Shown: in pieces, positions 40,950 to 54,298 of the stretch | Numbering within the stretch: the stretch's first letter is position 1 | Layout of the letters: every line of letters begins with the position of its first letter | NCBI GenBank assembly: GCA_964057225.1 | Contig: OZ059895.1 | Span: 18,724,001 to 18,788,000, forward strand | Direction of reading: 5' to 3' | DNA: 64,000 nt | DNA from: Auanema rhodensis | Taxonomy: Eukaryota; Animalia; Nematoda | Translations under genes and position numbers: made by a program | The notes under the pieces: model-generated | Databases searched by the model: none | What the model was told of the DNA's origin: nothing | The model's input: the letters and a program-made list of their open reading frames with translations, nothing else

Positions 40950-41571
40950 AATGAATGATATTTTATGGTCAAGGACAGGTTGACATGCTCGTTTACATGT
41001 TTCAACAATGGTACAATCCATCAAAAACACTGAAAAAAATGAATTTATTAGGTTAAATATATGTATATATAGTTTCAATTGAAATCGGCAATAAACTTGC
41101 TATGTTGATCCTATTGATGATGTTGTCCTTTTACAAAGAATTTTTGAACAGTAACCAACTGTGATTCTAGATCAAGGACTTTGCCATCTTTGCCCTCTAA
41201 TCTCCTTTTAGCATTTTCGATTTGAAACCTTTCAGTCTTTCCCCTGTTCCTCTTCAAATCTTCCTCCTATACCAGCTTTCTCTGTTTCTTTCTCTCCTCC
41301 TCTCTCTCTTCCTATGTTATTCAATCTCAACTCAATATCTCATACTGTTTTCTTTTTCACAAACCTGATTGTCACATTGTGATCTGTTCAAATAACTGAA
41401 TACTCTGGGGAGGAGCAGCCTGCTGGACTACTGCTGCGAATGGATTCAAGAAAGAATGAGTTCATCTTACCTCCAGTTCTATATACAGCCATTTTCACCA
41501 GCTAGTGATCCAGCTAGGGATTCAGCTGCCAACTCATCAACTGTAACAACAACATCATCAGCTATCACCAT
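40950..41571 (-). pseudogene. Possible decayed or non-coding spliced unit divergent from the SDR gene
   Basis: GC-richer blocks separated by canonical-looking introns (41470-41434, 41364-41312). Every frame I tried has premature stops. Confidence 0.3.
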
Positions 41572-41843
41572 GTTTCAAGTACGTTATAACATTCATATCT
41601 GATAATCAAAATATATTTGGAAGCTGAACTATTGTCTAAGTTGTTACTAAAGGTTATGAAATTCAACAAATAGTAAAATTGTTATGATTGTTCTAAACAA
41701 GACTCTTGTAGTCTATTTGCGATCTCTTGATAACACAGTCAAATAGATAACAACTGTGGCTTGAGGCTAGAAACTCCAAAGGTTTCCCTTCCAAACTCAT
41801 AGTTAAATCCATTTCATTCAGCTTTTTTATTAATATCAACATC

Positions 41844-42335
41844 ATGGTAATCACATCAATTTAATTTCAGGATTTTTTCATGGATCTTGCTTTCTTAGTT
41901 TCGTCTTTTATCTTGTTATCTATAACATACTTCTTTTTACGTTTTTTATGGGAAAAGTTTGAAATTTCTGACCTACGTCAGAAGGCTGTCTTCATCACAG
42001 GATGTGATTCAGGTTTATTTCACTCATCTGCTCTTCCTTGATTTTCACGATTTTCTTCAGGTTTTGGTTATCATCTTGCTCTTAAGTGCTTATCACGTGA
42101 CATGCCCGTATTTGCTGGATGTTTATCTGAGCAGGTAAGATCATTTAAACATTATGTCAACAATGCTTTTAAAGGGTGTAAACAAGTTGGTTAACGAATC
42201 TAAAAAATATGGTGGAACTCTGAAAGCATTCCGTCTCAATGTAACAAGTGATGAGAGTGTAGCCGAGGTTAAATCTTATTTACAAATAGCAACAGTAGAG
42301 TATGGAGGTAATATTGACATTCTTTTTCTTTCTTT

Positions 42336-42382
<47 letters not shown>

Positions 42383-43365
42383 CTCTCTCTTCTCTCTTTC
42401 TACTGTTCTTTCTCTATATCTCAACTATAACTTCTTTTGCCCTAGGTCTCCATGCTATTGTGAACAATGCTGGTATAGTTGGAAACTCTTTTTTCAGCGA
42501 CTTTTTGACTGTTGCAGATTATAAAAAGGTCATTTCATTCACCTCAATTCAGAAATATACAGAACAAAGAACTTTTAGGCATCAGAAGTCAATCTGTTTG
42601 GTGTTATCAGAATTACTGAAGCCTTGAAGCCACTAGTGAAACAGACAAGGTTTTAATCTTTTCATATCAAACATAGAGAAACTTCCTGTATTCAGAGGAC
42701 GAATTGTAACCGTTTCAAGCATATGTTCTCGCGTTGGAATTATGGGAATTGGTCCTTATACCGTTTCTAAGTTCGGTGTTTCTGGATATTGTGATGTCAT
42801 ACGTCAAGAACTCCGAATGTGGGGTGTTTCAGTACATGTACTAGAACCGGGATTCTTCAAGACACCATTAATAGAAAAGTCTAATATTGATGTAAGTCTA
42901 AGAAAAAACAAAAGATTATTCAAAAAAAAAATTTAGAGATACATGGACGAAGTTTGGAGAAAATGTCCGGAAGAAGTGCAAGAGGAATATGGTGAGCAAT
43001 TCTTCCGAGAAGGTACAACATAGTAAATATTTGAAGTTAACGAGATATGTTTAGGCCAAGAGAAAACCAATAATCTTCTGAATAGTATATCATCGTCACA
43101 TATCGAATGGGTTGTTGATGCATATTTCCATGCAATCACATCAAGGTTCCCCCGCTTACGATATCAGATAGGCTGGGATGCAACATTATTGTAAACTTAT
43201 TCAAATCCAAATTTTGAAAAAAAACACATATATTCCAGATTCATTCCCTTATCATTCATACCATCACGCATACAAGATATTATATTTAGTATCACAGAAA
43301 AGGCGATAGGACTTCCAAAACCCAGAAAATTACAAGAAGGCTGTTGGATGGTGGGATATAAATAA
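41844..43365 (+). CDS. Short-chain dehydrogenase/reductase, RDH/17-beta-HSD6-like (dhs-2/16/20 group)
   Basis: N-terminal TM, KAVFITGCDSGFG, LNVTSDESV, IVNNAG, GRIVTVSS, catalytic YTVSK, VHVLEPGFFKT. The first coding exon is apparently ATG only; in-frame alternative ATG at 41880. Confidence 0.9.
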
Positions 43366-43463
43366 AAAAAAAGTTATTAAAATTATGTACAATTTACATC
43401 ACAGACCAATAATATTGTTATATTATGTATAAATTATAAATTAATTGTATAATATTCAATAAA

Positions 43464-46400
43464 TTATTTCTTATTTAGTAATAAATAAACTTGTTGAATG
43501 TTAGGTAATGCTGCAATACTCTTACTTTCCTCATCGTAGCATTTGTTAGCGAAGGCAATCGCACGAGAAAATACATCAGAAATCCGTTTCCTAACTGGCG
43601 ACAGAAGAATTCCTTCGGTCTCATTCACTCCAATGTACAGATTATACAGAGAACAAAGCTTTAAAAATAATAAAAATAATAAAACTTATCAAGATCAACT
43701 GGATTACCTCCGGCCACTTGGTGCTCAACGCCTTGAAAGCAATATTGACCACTTCACCAAGTTTTTCGGCTGCCAAGTGGGGATAATTTTTCAGAACAAA
43801 GTTAGGTTGTAGCGACTGCAAAAACCTTTATGTCCGAGTTAACCTTTCTTGACTTACTTCATCTTCAGCACTATCTACTAAACCTATCATATCACCTAAA
43901 ACAAAGAATGTAGACGTGTGTACAAGCGCATTGCACGATGAGCGTAAACGAGCATCAATAACTAGTCGACTATCATTTGATTGTTCAGTTAAATGTACAG
44001 GAACCTTTAATATAATCAAAATTCAACTTGAGAAAGTATTAGTATTACCGAGAATAATAGCTCTAAGAAAGCGTTGTTGGAACTAAACTGGAACAAACGA
44101 CTGGGATCTTCGAATATGCTATTTTTCATTTTCGTAAAATCAAAAGTTATTTCTCTTGTAGGTAAAGTTGCATCAGCTCTAAATAAAGTTTTTTTTACAT
44201 TACGACAAAGTTCCCACAAACCTATGAGAAGCAGCTTGTCTATACGGTGTAGTTTGTTCACGTAAAATCAGAAGATGTTTTACAACAAACAACTCGGCAT
44301 CAATCTGTTTCGTACGACCACCCTGAATACGGTAGAAATTAGCATAAAACAAGCTAACGCAATATGTGGTGATTAGAATACAGTTATCAAACTCATTTAA
44401 TACTTTCTGCACAAGATGACTGGTTGTGAAAAAAATGAATGTCGAAACATATTTTCATTTTTACCTTTTTCAGAGGTGATGCAGCTATTTGCTGTGCAGC
44501 AGTTTCCAATGAGTCACAACACATAGTTAACAAATCCCTAGCAAGTGATTGGAAAACGCCCATCTGGAAAAAAAATAATGAAGTAAGTAAGAAAAACACA
44601 AACCACGTACGTCCAAGCATTTAAATAGTTTAGCTAAGCACATAACAGTTCTTCTCACTGTTGGATACCACAAACAATGTAAGTCTACTGCTGATATTGG
44701 AGCATTTTGAGGAGGTACATTTATATCATTTTTATCAGGCTCGCTTTCACCTAAATTCATTAAGCATTATTTGAGTGACTCCTATCCTAAATAAACCGTT
44801 AGTTGTGGCTTCGATAATTGCTTCGGCTGATTCTTTGTTCTTTAGAATCTTATCTTTTTCGATAGATCGCATCATTTCCAACTTTTCCGGATATGCTAAG
44901 TCTCCAGAAGCAGGCTTATAGTTTACAACATCAGAAACACCATAAGACTCTGCTCTGTAGACAATACGTTCAGCAACATCTCCTACTAATTCATTTATGA
45001 CTTGTATGAAGCCGGCACGAGGATCGAAGCTTCCATCCTCAACGATAGAAGCTAACAAGGAGCAACGCTCTTCAATCATTTCAACCTTAAAATCGTATTC
45101 ATTCCACAAAACGGGAGGGAAAATTATACCTTCAGAATAGTGCAAATTTCAGCTAATGTTTCCAGATGAGGATTATGAACAACAAGTGGTCGTAGCATAT
45201 CATACAAAATCCGAGAGATGGATTCAACGAATTCTTCAAACGGATGAACAGTTAGAGTATTGTTGAAAGAATATAATGATGGATTTCTGACAAGAGAAGA
45301 AAAATGAAGAATTATTCCAAAAAAGCATACTTAGGTTTTTCCACTTCTGCATCCTCAAGACCGTCAGTGTTGAAGAATTGCTTATATAATCTATACTCAT
45401 CGTCACAAACTCTGAGTATGAACAAACAGCCTGATCTGGCTAATGCGCATGATGATTCACCATGAACGCTTCAAAAATAATGGGTAAAGTACTATATCTT
45501 TTCGAACTTACGTAGTCAAATAATTCAGTGTTGCTTGAATAATTGGACCTAATAATTGATTTCTGGTTTGGAAATAAGCTTGTTGGCATTCAGCTAACAT
45601 AGCTTGAAATTCTGGTACATTAGCAAAACGTTGTTCAGCTACAGATAAAGCAGTCCTGAAATTATAATATGTTAATAAACTAACAAAACAAAGTACTAAC
45701 TTAACAGAACTTGCTTTAGAAGCAAAAACTCCATATAGTAAAGCAAATGTGTCATCATCAGCTCGACCACGACCAAGTTTTTCGTAATCTACTTGCAACT
45801 GAGCCTGCTTTTCCCTAACATCAGAAACTGACGTTTCAATATCAGCTAACACTCCAACACGAATACTAGTCATGGCTCTGAAGCAAAGGAAAATTAGAGG
45901 AATTGTAAATAAACATATAGATACTTACCTGCTAAGACATTGTTCGTATTTAGATATATAAACAGCAGATTCTTTATATTCTGGATGCTGTTTAAGAAAA
46001 GTCATGCATTCGTCAATGGTGGCCAAAATACTGGTAAAAGTCTGACCAGTTACTGATAATTTAGACGTATTATTCAATTTCTGAAAAAAATAAATTGTGA
46101 AACTAAATTAATTTAATTTCTATACCTTCATTATAACATCTGCTTGTTTGAAAAAGTACAAATTGGTTTTAATTTGTTCTGAACCAGCAGCTAAAGCTGT
46201 TTGCTGGGCTAAAGCTCTATCACACGCATCATGTAAAGATGAAGTTCTAGCTGTAACGCCATCATATGTGGTTCTAAGATCTTTCAATGTCTGAAAAAAT
46301 ATAATATCCTTCTTTAAGTAATTTCTTAATACTCGAGCCTACCGTTGTATAAACATCAATGCGTTCCTTTAAAACTCTTAATCGTTTAATGTTAGATCTC

Positions 46401-46670
46401 AAAGCAATAACTTCAGGAGTGTCTTGCTTTTCAGATACAGATAATTCTTTATCATAGGCTTCTTTCAAAGCGGCAGACAAAGCATTAGCCAATACAGCAT
46501 CACCAGAAAAACTAGCCGTATCTTCTAAATATTCCCAATATTTTTAAATATATTCCTACAATAATCTAACCTTCAGCAGTATTATCGTCAGGTGCTGACG
46601 GTAAACCAAAATCAACAGCCTTTGATGAAAGAAGTTCAATGGTTTTGAACTGGAGTTGTTCAAACTCCAT
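43464..46670 (-). CDS. cogc-3: Conserved oligomeric Golgi complex subunit 3 (Sec34)
   Basis: [129 protein letters not shown]. Confidence 0.95.
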
Positions 46671-46906
46671 CTTAATGTAATAAAAGTAATTGTTTTGAAG
46701 TGTGGGATGAATTTGATTGAAGTATGTGGATCTTGAACCAAATAAGATTAAAGAATATTTGTCGTAAGTATCATTTTTATTTAGAGACAACCCGTTCATA
46801 ACGTTAAAAAAACGAATTAATGAATAAATTAACAAAGGTAAATAACAACAAATAAGCAAAACCATGTATTCATAGGAAAATAAAGAACTTCAATATGAGA
46901 GAACAG

Positions 46907-47399
46907 TTAATCGCAGTATCGCATTCTGTTGCTTTTAACCTAAAATAGATCATTAATAATAATATCTCTGTGAAATAAAACTTTATATTTTCCTCCATCT
47001 TCAATAAGAGTAAAAGTTTGAGTGAAAGCATGGACTTCTCCTCCTACGGTAACAGATCCACCACAATGAAGTATCAAACAGCTACCCATTCCAGAATGGG
47101 TATCAGGAATACGTTGAACATCAATAGACTGGACTACATGTTGTGTTTCAGGTAAACAAGAACTGAATCTATATGGGAAAAAATAAAAATTAAGTAAAAT
47201 GCTAAAAACTATACTTGACGATATCATCCTGGCCTTCGCAAGTATTACCATTCCATACAAAAGTTGGCTTTTCGTCCACATAAAGTAAACCAAGTGTTTC
47301 TCTCTTACGGTCCATTGCGGCATAGAATAAACTAGTGAAATGCGAAGCTGAAGAGCAGTTTTCTTCATCGATTTTGTTAGCATCTTGAATAGAAGACAT
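46907..47399 (-). CDS. nxt-1: NTF2-related export protein NXT1 (3 exons)
   Basis: ASHFTSLFYAAMDRKRETLGLLY...VWNGN...LPETQHVVQSIDVQ...GSVTVGGEVHAFTQTFTL..KYKVKSNRMRYCD*. TTTTCAG acceptor 3 nt before the ATG. Confidence 0.92.
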
Positions 47400-48212
47400 T
47401 TTCTGAAAATTAAATATCAAGCTTCAAAAACTAAAAAGTTATATGAAAATTTCAAAATTTGTATGAGAAAAAGTAGGGGTTTTTGAAAATATGGTGGTGA
47501 ACGTATTACGTTTTGCGTGTACTTTTCATTGCGTACAATATTTTTTACGTACTAAAATTGAAAAAAAAATTTCCGAAAATCGGTAAATGAAAAAGACAAA
47601 ATAAAATCAGGAAAAGGCATAAAAGAAATAATCAAATAAGCATATTAAGAAAGAACTGCTGCAAAATAATTTATGATGTAATTAACGAAGTATTATATTG
47701 AGTTCTTAGGGAGTCATATAAGATCAGTAGAGCAAATACAGATAGAGTAAAAACAAAAGCCAGATACCAGACAAAGATTTAAAAGTGAACAAGAATTTCC
47801 AAGGCATTTCTTCAAAAATAAAAAGAGTAGAGTTATATAATTATCTTTCAAAATTTAGGAAATTCGTATACGATGATGGTTGCCTGTACCAATGTCGATG
47901 ACATTACCACAATGGTTCTATAAAATGTAAAGAAAGTGACGTTATGTATATACGAGGATTTCTATGATTTATTATCTTCTGGTCTCATTAATTGTGAAAA
48001 GCTACTTCAAGAAAAGGAAGAAGTAATTGTGAAAGCGGATAAGTTATCAGTCGAATACATGAAAGCTGCTAAAGTTATGAGATAAAAGCTTGTGACTTTG
48101 AACAACTTCAATTGAATAAACATTGAGATAAGTAAAGTATATTTAATCTGTTTATTTACAAACATTTGATCTTTGTATATGCTTTGTCATACTTTTCAAT
48201 ACTTAGTTAACA

Positions 48213-50072
48213 TCAAGGCTGTTTGTTAAAAATATTCTTTAAGGAATTGAAGTAATCGTCTTGATGTACGTTTCGGACAATGATAGCTTCTCGCTCCTTC
48301 TTTTCTTTTTTTGATTGGTAGATAAGAATAGATGGCATTATGATGGAATACAAAAATGTCTGTAAAAGTATTTTTTTGAAATAAATAGAAAAATCCTTTA
48401 AATGTTCTAACCAGGTTCACAAGTTCCAATACTAGTACGAATGTTATCTTATCCATAGTTTTAACAAGCTTAAGAATTATTTAATTTATTAATTATTATT
48501 TGAAATACTATTTGTTATATGAATAAGGTTTTTGTCATTCAAAACAAAATGATTTTTAATAAAAAAAAGAAAAGAAAAGCTATTAACCATTATTATAAAT
48601 AAACATAATCCATTCAGGAACATCAATATGAAATGAATACAGCATAGAGGTAACAGTTTCTTAATAACATTCTGTGTTTCATTCATCTGAAAACAAAAAA
48701 AAATAAAAATAGTTTGATAAAATATTGACAAACTTGATATTTTGATCCTAATGCAAAACTATTAGCAACTTTTTGTAAATGTAATTTATTATTTTGAGTT
48801 TTATAGAACGCGAAAGTGAAAAGAAAAATAAAGCCAGCTTCGAAAGCAATATTTAATATAGTTAATACCTATAATAAAAATTAATTTATTAATAAAAAGA
48901 AAATATAGAATGTTATACTGTAAGTTCATTCTCTGTTTGAGGTGTTCTTGCTGTTATAATCACTGTATTATGATCCAAATTGATTAAACGTGAAAAAATA
49001 TATTCATATGGTATATAATATGTAATAAAAATCTAAAAATGGGAAATATTATTTTAAAAAATTATAAATTATATAAAGAATTTCTTCCGATCCCCCCCCC
49101 CTTTTCATGAAGTTTTGCATGTATGTTGGTATTGGGAATCAGAAGAAAATGTTTATCAACAGTGAACATACCGTTAATATTGAAAGAATAATTGATATAT
49201 ATGGTTTTCTAATTTTTTCATATTGTTGTGGATCATATGTTGATATTGCTCTTTCTACTGCTATTACAAACATTGATGTTGATTGTCCTAACGTTGAAGA
49301 TAGGAAAGGAGACTTCAGATGAGCAGATAGACGTACTGTTATCAAACCCTCACATGGTGTTTCTTTGTACATCAATCGTCTGAAATTGAAGTCAATTGTA
49401 AGGAAATTAAGAAAATCATGCAGTTTTGCTCTCGTTCTTCTTCAAGTTTATACGTCCAAAACATTGTGAGCAGCTTAAACATCAAGCAGAAGTTGCAAAT
49501 AGTTTTGTCAGAAAGAAACTTGATTAGATCGTTTAAAATTCAGAGATCAAAATCATTATCTAAACATCAAGCATGTTTCGATATTTAAATACTAAACTGC
49601 ATGAAATAATAATTGTATTTTATTAAAATTCATAAATCACCTGTAATAATCATATAAATATAATGTAAGATGTGAAATTGGTAGTAAAATTGTATAGAAG
49701 CAATGTACGATGAATAAAATTCTTCCATTGATATGTCCAATCCATGTAAGTAACTATAACAAATTAAAATATATTATTATGCAGCTTATACTTTTTTTTT
49801 AATAATTATTACTTTTACTAAACTTTAATATTTGAACAAGTTTAAAAATTAATTACATTGAAAAGAAAAATATTTAATAAATTATGAATTTATATATTAT
49901 ATATATAAGATTAAAAAACCTTATGATATGCTAATGATATAGTAGAAATTATTCCAATTGCACATAATATACCTTTTATAAAATATAAAATAAAAATATA
50001 ATTATTATCAAGTAATTCTTTCATGGTAATACATAGGTCATCATTTTGATATGATGATGTCTGTGATTTCAT
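48213..50072 (-). CDS. Serpentine 7TM chemoreceptor, sra/srab/srb superfamily
   Basis: N-terminal Cys, GHINGRIL, PC in ECL1, IAVERAIST..P..YE, LGSKYQMNE, C-term DDYFNSLKNIF. Exons join in frame; stop 48213-48215. Confidence 0.82.
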
Positions 50073-52013
50073 GAACTATTATTCAGAATTAATATAAATA
50101 AAAATATAAAATTGAATCTGAAATAATTGAAAAATAATATAAATAAATATAAAACTAAATAGAGAAATAAATAAAAGAATACATCAGAATATGTATCAGA
50201 CTAGTAAGACTGTATTAGAACAATCTTGATACAATGCTTAAAGCTTAACTATGCTTCATGTTTTATATTGCAGAATTAACTGAACTGAACATACTTACAT
50301 ATATATAGTAGTTATATAAAGATAGATGAATGATTATAATATAAATAGTAAGTAATTACTATAAATGGTAAAATGCAAAGAAGTAAAAAACAGTTTTGAA
50401 TTCTAATAATATGCTTATAAACCAACTACAAAATACAAATTACATAGATATATAATATTATAAAGAAAATTATTTTTTTTATTTAAAAATAAAGAAAAGA
50501 AAATTTTTTTATGAATGTATTTAGAAATATTATAAAAAATTACTTTATACATGTGTGTTGTACAGTATACTATACTATGTACATAGTTGAACAACGATCT
50601 GGGATACAAGTTAATATAATTTTAATGAAAATCATTGTATCCATATGATTTTCGTTTATTCAATAAAAATAATAATATAATACATATAAGATGTTTGATG
50701 TTAAATAGAAGAAATATATAAAATCAAGAAATAAAGAATTACTGTTTCATTGACTGACATTTAGTATGAATAAATAGGAACTTTATTCAAATAGATTAAT
50801 ATTTTGATATTTATTATATATTAACTTATATATTATTTATTTTTAGTTATATATATATATATAAGTTAATGAACATTTATATTAAAAAAACTTGTTATAA
50901 GATAAGTATTTACATATACATACTCTGAAAAATGAATGATAATTGAATTTTAATTGTTTTAATATAATTAAAATTAAATTTAAATGATATATTAATAGAT
51001 AAAATATTGTTAGAAGAATTATCAGAAGCACATAAAAACTAATAAAATATCTCAATAATCATCATTATTTTGATAAAATAATTTAAAAATTAATAAAATT
51101 TATTCATTGAATATGATATTTATATAAATATATTTATACATATTTAACTACAAAAAGAGCATATTTCTTAATTTAAAGTAGAGTAATTAACACTTTATCT
51201 ATATTCTTATATTTTTAAAATTCTACAAATTAGTTTTGAAAGTTTTATTTTTTTTCAAATACAAACAAAATAAATTTTTAAAAATATTTATTTGAAATGA
51301 ACAATCAAATTGATTTATTTTTATTTTTGTTGTTTAGCTTCAATAAAATTAATAGTCAATACAATTATATTTATTGAACAACCAAAAATAAAGAAACTTT
51401 TTTTTTGTTTAAAAAACCGACATTTCAATAAAAAAATTAAAAAAACAACAAAAAGAATGAATAATACATGATATTTGTCCTTTTTGAATTTTTTTTTGAA
51501 TTTTATAAAAATGTTATTATTTAATTAAAATTTTAAAATAATCAATATTTTATAAAAATGAATATTTAAATATTTTTATTTGAAATATTGAAGAAACATT
51601 TGCATTAACAAGGTATCATTATTTAAGAAGAAGAAATAGGAGAAATGAGATGATATATGATGATGATGACTATGATGATGTTAGAATGGACATTTTTCGT
51701 TTTCAAGTTTTCAAGTTTGCAAGTTTTATATTATAATTCTATATTTCATTGCTTCACAGTTACAATTTTTCATTTGCTTTGTTAGTACAACATGTAGTTT
51801 GTCACAAATCTCCATACCTATCAAATAATTCGTTGAGTTTAGTGTGAAGTCCAAGTAAAGCAAGTTGAATGTCAGGTGAATGTTGAAGCATCTCAATAGA
51901 TTATGCATGAAAACTAAAAAGAGTTTAAGTCAGCTTTCGTAACCAATTGAAGTTTATTCATGAAATTTTCCAAAAAAAAAACACAAAAAAAAGAGAGAAA
52001 TAGAGAGAAAAAT

Positions 52014-52128
<115 letters not shown>

Positions 52129-53271
52129 TCTATTGTATTACCTACTTATAACATGTAGTTTCCTCATCACCTTCGCTGTCACCCATCACGCAGATTCGCT
52201 TTCTCTCTCTCTCTCTCTCTATAATTCCCTCTTAAATTATCTGATTTGGTATTATTTTCAAAATAGAATTGTTCGAGTGTTTCACGCTCAATTGTTTTCT
52301 TTGAACAAGGGTATACACTGTCTTTTTCTCTATCTATAATGGGTAATTATAAAGCTCTCATGTTAAACCATATTACCTTTCGGAACATTTATTGGAGTCA
52401 TAGAGGATCAGTCATCCATAATGAGCTAAATTATTTCCGTTTGAAACCTTTTAAGTGGCTGAAATAGCCTTCTGCGCACCTCCTTTCTCGTCAGTCTATC
52501 TTCTTCTATTCCTCCCGACTTCCGCTTTCTAGGAGTCTCCTAACATTGGGTCACTACTCTCCCTAAGCATAATATCCAGCATACTCTTGGCATACTCATA
52601 TTCTGCCTCACTCTCTCATATAAGAGCTCAACTGGTGTTGCTAGCTGGTTGGTTCTAATTAGATAGGTCATTTCAGATTGTATTAATGCACCTTTATATG
52701 GTCAGGGCTATTTCACTTTTAATTTATTTAATTTATTTCCATCTAGTTATATAACTAGACTATATAATACACTAACTATATGATTATAATAATTCAAAAA
52801 TCATATAATTGTATGACAGATGGATAGCTCCAATGCTATATTCAAAACGACCATGTTAGTATCTAAACACAACAGCTTCATCTAAACATTAAGGAAAATG
52901 AGAAAACAAAATTAATTCATTTTCTCACCAGATTTTTTTGGCAAACAGCCAACTTATTTAAATTGATCATCAATCTTATATAATATATTAGTTTAATAGC
53001 TAACTTTTATTTTATTTACATGTTTGATTTTTTGTTTCTTTACCAGCCACCCTCTATTTCTCTTTCATCCAAACTCTCAAATAACATGCTAAATCTAATC
53101 TTTTCCTCTATTTCTCTCGAACTCCTGAAGGTGTTCATCTCTCCTTCCTTCTCTAAAGTCACAACTATCTCAGTTTCCTCAAGTTCGTCATGCTTAGTTT
53201 TTAAACTAAATGCTCCAAATGCTCAAAGATTCAGTTCTTCATTATTATCCTTATTATGTCTCTTCCCCTCC

Positions 53272-53345
<74 letters not shown>

Positions 53346-54237
53346 ATCTCTTCTTACATTACCCTCATGAATATACTTCAGTTGTTTCAATTAAGTATAA
53401 TCAAACAGTTTAATTTCTAATATTATACTATATCATATAGTTATTAAACTTTAATACAATATTCATAAGTGGAATATATAATTGCTAATAAAAATCAGGA
53501 AGTGATACGCATTTGCATATGTCAAATCTCTGCTGCAACTGCCCCACAAGCAATGCTTCATCTCTTTCTCTCCCACATCTTGTCTCCCTCCGCCCTCTCT
53601 CTTCCTCATCATCTTACATCTTCGATAGATCAAGCCCAGATCTGAGCAGTACATTCATATCCATGAAGCTGAAGCCACACTGACGACCTTGCTGTCGCAC
53701 TATCAGACCAACTAGCCACAGTGAGGAGCCACATGAAACAGCCGGCTGATGTCAACTACAATGTACATCCATATGTATATATAGATATAGATACAACTCT
53801 ATTCATGTCTCTTATGTGTAGCATCTTCAGTCTTCAGGCATGTACATCTCTTCTGTCTATCTCTTCTCCATAAGAACGTCCATTTTCAAAATTACTTAAA
53901 TAATTCAATTAACTTAGAACATTTAAGATGCTCTATCTATCCATTTATCAGAAATATTAAATATTCTAAATATCATAAATACAAAATAACAACAAAACTA
54001 ACATTGTGAATAATGGCAAATGACAAACCCTATGTCATAAGCTAATAGTCCTTTCATTTTAGTGTCTCTAAACGGAACAAGAAAATGAAACAAACAAACT
54101 CATGTAATCTGCCTATATACAAATTATTCTGAAATCCTTGTTTTCTCTCACACCACTAGACTACCATGACTGATGGCCATATGATGAATATGTTCTTATA
54201 CTTCCCAGCAGCTTTTCTTTTTGTATTTTTTCACTTC

Positions 54238-54298
<61 letters not shown>

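Noticed and set aside
6425-43365. Functional lipid/sterol cluster (PLA2, ABCA, SDR)
   Set aside because: The genes are interspersed with unrelated ones and nothing in the sequence shows co-regulation.
52631-52652. Resemblance to the 3' part of miR-34
   Set aside because: The seed is absent and there is no precursor hairpin.
53655-53755. C/D-box snoRNA
   Set aside because: CTGA boxes are present but there is no convincing RTGATGA C box or terminal stem.
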